The notes beneath the pieces were generated by a model. The model was not told the DNA's origin. It saw nothing but the letters and a program-made list of their open reading frames with translations, and ran no database searches. A program made the position numbers and the translations under genes. 64,000 bases of DNA from Coniocarpon cinnabarinum. Taxonomy: Eukaryota. Where the stretch lies: positions 1 through 64,000 of the forward strand of contig JAVECO010000080.1 of NCBI GenBank assembly GCA_051942205.1. The letters run 5' to 3'. Shown one piece after another: positions 60,935 to 64,000 of the stretch. The first letter of the stretch is position 1, and the number at the start of each line of letters is the position of its first letter.

Positions 60935-61899
60935 TGCAAGTTTATTATGTCGGCATGTTGAAGAATACTGGTGTCATCAAGAGCGGGAATTGACCAGAGC
61001 ATGCAACGAACGTGTTTAGCGCCGCAGTGCGAAAAAATACGGTGCTCAGATGTCATGAGTTTGGCTGGAAATTGCGAAAGAATATGCACATGATCGAAGA
61101 CCTTGGGGGCTCGACGAGCAACAGCTCGCTCGTCTACGCCAACTTATGGTAGAAACTCTGTGGTCCTCCCCGAAATGTGGTGGCATTTGACCCCTTGGGA
61201 CGAGAGGAGAGCGCTGCTCGCTCTTTGAAGCGTCCAACACCAGCACAAAGTCACTATCGACTTTGAACCTCACAATTCTGTACCTTCACAAAGTACAAGA
61301 AGTACAAGCCATGGAGCGTTTGTGCGCGCGTACATTCGCTACAGCGAAGTGGCCCCACATAACAGCAAAAGTTAGCTCCTTATTACGACTACCATGCCAT
61401 TGAACAAATACAACCTTTTCCCTTATATGAATAGTGATCGACTGAGCTGTTTGGGAGTGTGGCTATGTCGCTGCCAGACGTGACTGAGAAAAAGGATCGC
61501 CAGTACTGAATAAAGCTGTTTACGAATATCGATCGCCGCAAAGTGCACTGCAGCCGCGCTGTCTTCTGAGATACCAGGCACGTAGTTCGGTTGGCGCTTT
61601 TGTGAGGACGTCAGATACGAGAAGTTTAATAACCCTTGTGAATAGACGGAAGAAGCGTTGCTCATTGCGATGAATGCAGAGGATGTTAATTCCGTGGTGA
61701 AAGATGATAGATGCCAGAAGCCACATGTTGACGCAAGATGTCTCATTTTTAACCAAACCCGAGCAGTCACGAGAAATATACAGGAACAATACAAACTCAT
61801 GACAAGAGACCTTCGATGCTAGATCTTGAGATCAGAAACCTAAATTTGAGTAATAATACGCATAGCAAATGACCCAGTTCTGCGACTCTCAGCTCATTC

Positions 61900-62984
61900 T
61901 CACTGGAAGTTACTCTTCGTCTGACCCAACGTGTCCTGATCCACGTCCAGGACGACATGAAAGTCAAACTCTTTATTATACTCAAACCAGTTGCCCATCT
62001 TGTACAGCGGGAAGTCAGTGTAATCCGCATTCGTCAGCTCCTTGAGCCAATGCTCCTTCGCCGTCACATCTCCACTGCCCGTTCCCGTCTCACCAATCAC
62101 AAACGGGATACTGTACTTCTTCGCAAAAGCATTATAGAAATCACCGAATGTGTCTGCGAACGTAGCGGCCGCCGCCTTGGGATAATCGTCCATGCCGACG
62201 ATATCGACGACGTCGGCACCTGGGAACCAGGCTTGGAGATCAGAAGAGCTGGCCTCGTTCGGGGACCAGAACATCTTGACCTTGGAGTTGGACTGGACGG
62301 CAGTGTGGACATTTTTCCAGGCCTCGATGAACTCTTCTGGAGATCCGCCCGCGTAGGTCCCGTCCGTGACGTAGTAGTTCATTTCGTGCGCGAAGCGGAG
62401 CCACACCTCGACACCTTGGTCGGTGAAGGTCTGCATAGACTTGGCGATCTGCTGGGCCAGGTCGTCGTTGATCTGGTTGAATTTGACCTTGGTCGGCATG
62501 ACTGCGGGAATGAAAACGGCACCGGAGGCGACGAGGTCGTCTTGAATTTCAGTGAGTTGGGAGTCGTCGTACGTGGTGGAAGTGATCTGGGAGTACCAGC
62601 CGTATCCCGCGGATTTGCTGCCGAGAGCTTTGTTGATGTCGGACATGCGTTCCTTCGTGGCGCTGTCGGGAAGGAAGCCGAAAGGAATACCGGCTTTAGA
62701 GGTAAGGAGACCTGACGGAATACCCAGAGAGCCGTCTCCTGCCGATGTGCCACTTGTTTCATTACCACCCGTTCCAGGCGTGGAACTGGCGGTTGCTGTG
62801 GCCGAATGAGAGGAAGACGAGCCGGAAGCCTGCTGTGGCTGGCGACGGACTGGCTGTACTCTCGTCAGTCTCAGTGGATACGACAGAAAAGAACCTTCAG
62901 CAGTACTTCATGAGGTGCGAATGGCGAGCCAAGAGTAGTCGAGGCGAGCGCACTTAGTACAGTGAACGAGTCGAGGAAGCGCAT
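61900..62984 (-). CDS. Secreted glycoside hydrolase family 26
   Basis: Signal peptide MRFLDSFTVLSALASTTLG; one short intron ending GACTGAC...TACAG (donor uncertain); Ser/Thr linker; WLRFAHEMN (acid/base), FWSPN, VDIVGMDDY, GETG (nucleophile). Confidence 0.9.
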
Positions 62985-64000
62985 GTTGACTGGTGAAGGA
63001 AAATGGTTCTGTTGGAGCTGAATTGCCTTCGGCAGTGCAGCCGCAACGCTAGGGCAACGTGGCAAAGGAGCGTGTGTGCCTCTCTGAGTGTTAACGAACG
63101 TTTGGTGAGCGATGACGACCTATATGAAACTCAGAAACTTTCGTGATCTATTTATCTTCTTCGACTGTTTACTGATAAGCTTAAGAGAAACGCGGTATGA
63201 TACATTGGAAATGAGAAAATCTCGTCAAAGCGACAAAACCGTTACTTGTAAGCGCACGCGGACTATGCAAACCATGAGAAAGCGGATGTGCGGCGCGTTC
63301 AGGTACCAGGTCCGGCATAGATCTACTCTTAGATAAGTTACAGGACAACGGATTGGGCCCTGTCCCGCGCCATGTCGATCTACTCTTGATGGATGACACC
63401 AAGCATATTTGGCAGTGCTCCGCGCCGTGGAGCGCCTGTCGAGCCGTGGAGATGTAGATGAGAAACTCAATACAATCACAACGGTTTCAGGTGGTCGGTT
63501 TTGAGCAGACTAGTAGGAATGAGCGGCTGAGTGAAGGATTGGTCCGAGCTTTGTACGTTGCAGCCTTGCAGTGAGCCGGCTGCCTGCATTGTGCATCAGT
63601 GCCATCATGTGGAGAAAGGAAAGGCGCCGCTCATTTGCGTTCAGAGCTTCTCGATGCGATTATCTCGTGCACTGCAGCTTTCATCGCGCTGAGTCATCTC
63701 AAATCTGACTCGGGACGTTGTCAAGATCAACTGCATTGGCCTCCATCAGAGCTATCTCGGCGGCATCTCAGCGGAAAGAAGACACTGATCAGCAGACTGC
63801 TTGCAGTCATGCATACTGGGATGTGCAATTGTGATCAGAAGCCTTAGAAAGCAGTTTTAATGCGAGAGGACTAGAAGAAAACAATATCGAAAGGTCCTCG
63901 CGGGTGGTAAAAACCATGTTGTGAAGCACGTGATATAGAGCGACCTCACGTAATGTGACATGCACTTGGCCCCATTCGTGCGCAAAACGTATAACACGAC

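Noticed and set aside
1..64000. Transposons, CRISPR arrays or a secondary-metabolite gene cluster
   Set aside because: No transposase, reverse transcriptase, terminal repeats, repeat-spacer array or PKS/NRPS backbone gene was seen.

Overview
Gene-dense nuclear region of a filamentous ascomycete (Pezizomycotina-type GT-AG introns with CTRAY branch sites). It holds mostly housekeeping genes: chitin synthase (runs off the left edge), LMW phosphatase, an F-box-like protein, RNA Pol III largest subunit, glutamine synthetase, Mediator Med1, Spc98/GCP3, NCE102, OSH3, a serine beta-lactamase-family gene, RTF1, COQ7, a PRELI protein, TrpRS, proteasome alpha-1, a DUF3455-like secreted protein, a WKF-domain protein, a PLP-dependent Ser/Thr dehydratase-like gene, ILV5, VPS18 and a GH26 glycosidase. 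The standout is a minus-strand tRNA-Leu(UAA) gene at 53698-53902. Its acceptor stem pairs fully only after removal of two spliceosomal-type introns (GT...branch site...AG; 52 and 54 nt), in addition to a normal 18-nt anticodon-loop intron. Manual splicing also recovers genes the ORF track fragments: a 4-exon 180-aa protein, a 3-finger C2H2 gene with a 12-nt microexon and a candidate small orphan. A large hypothetical gene with a possible HicA-like C-terminus is interrupted by an in-frame stop. All calls come from reading the sequence; no searches were run.
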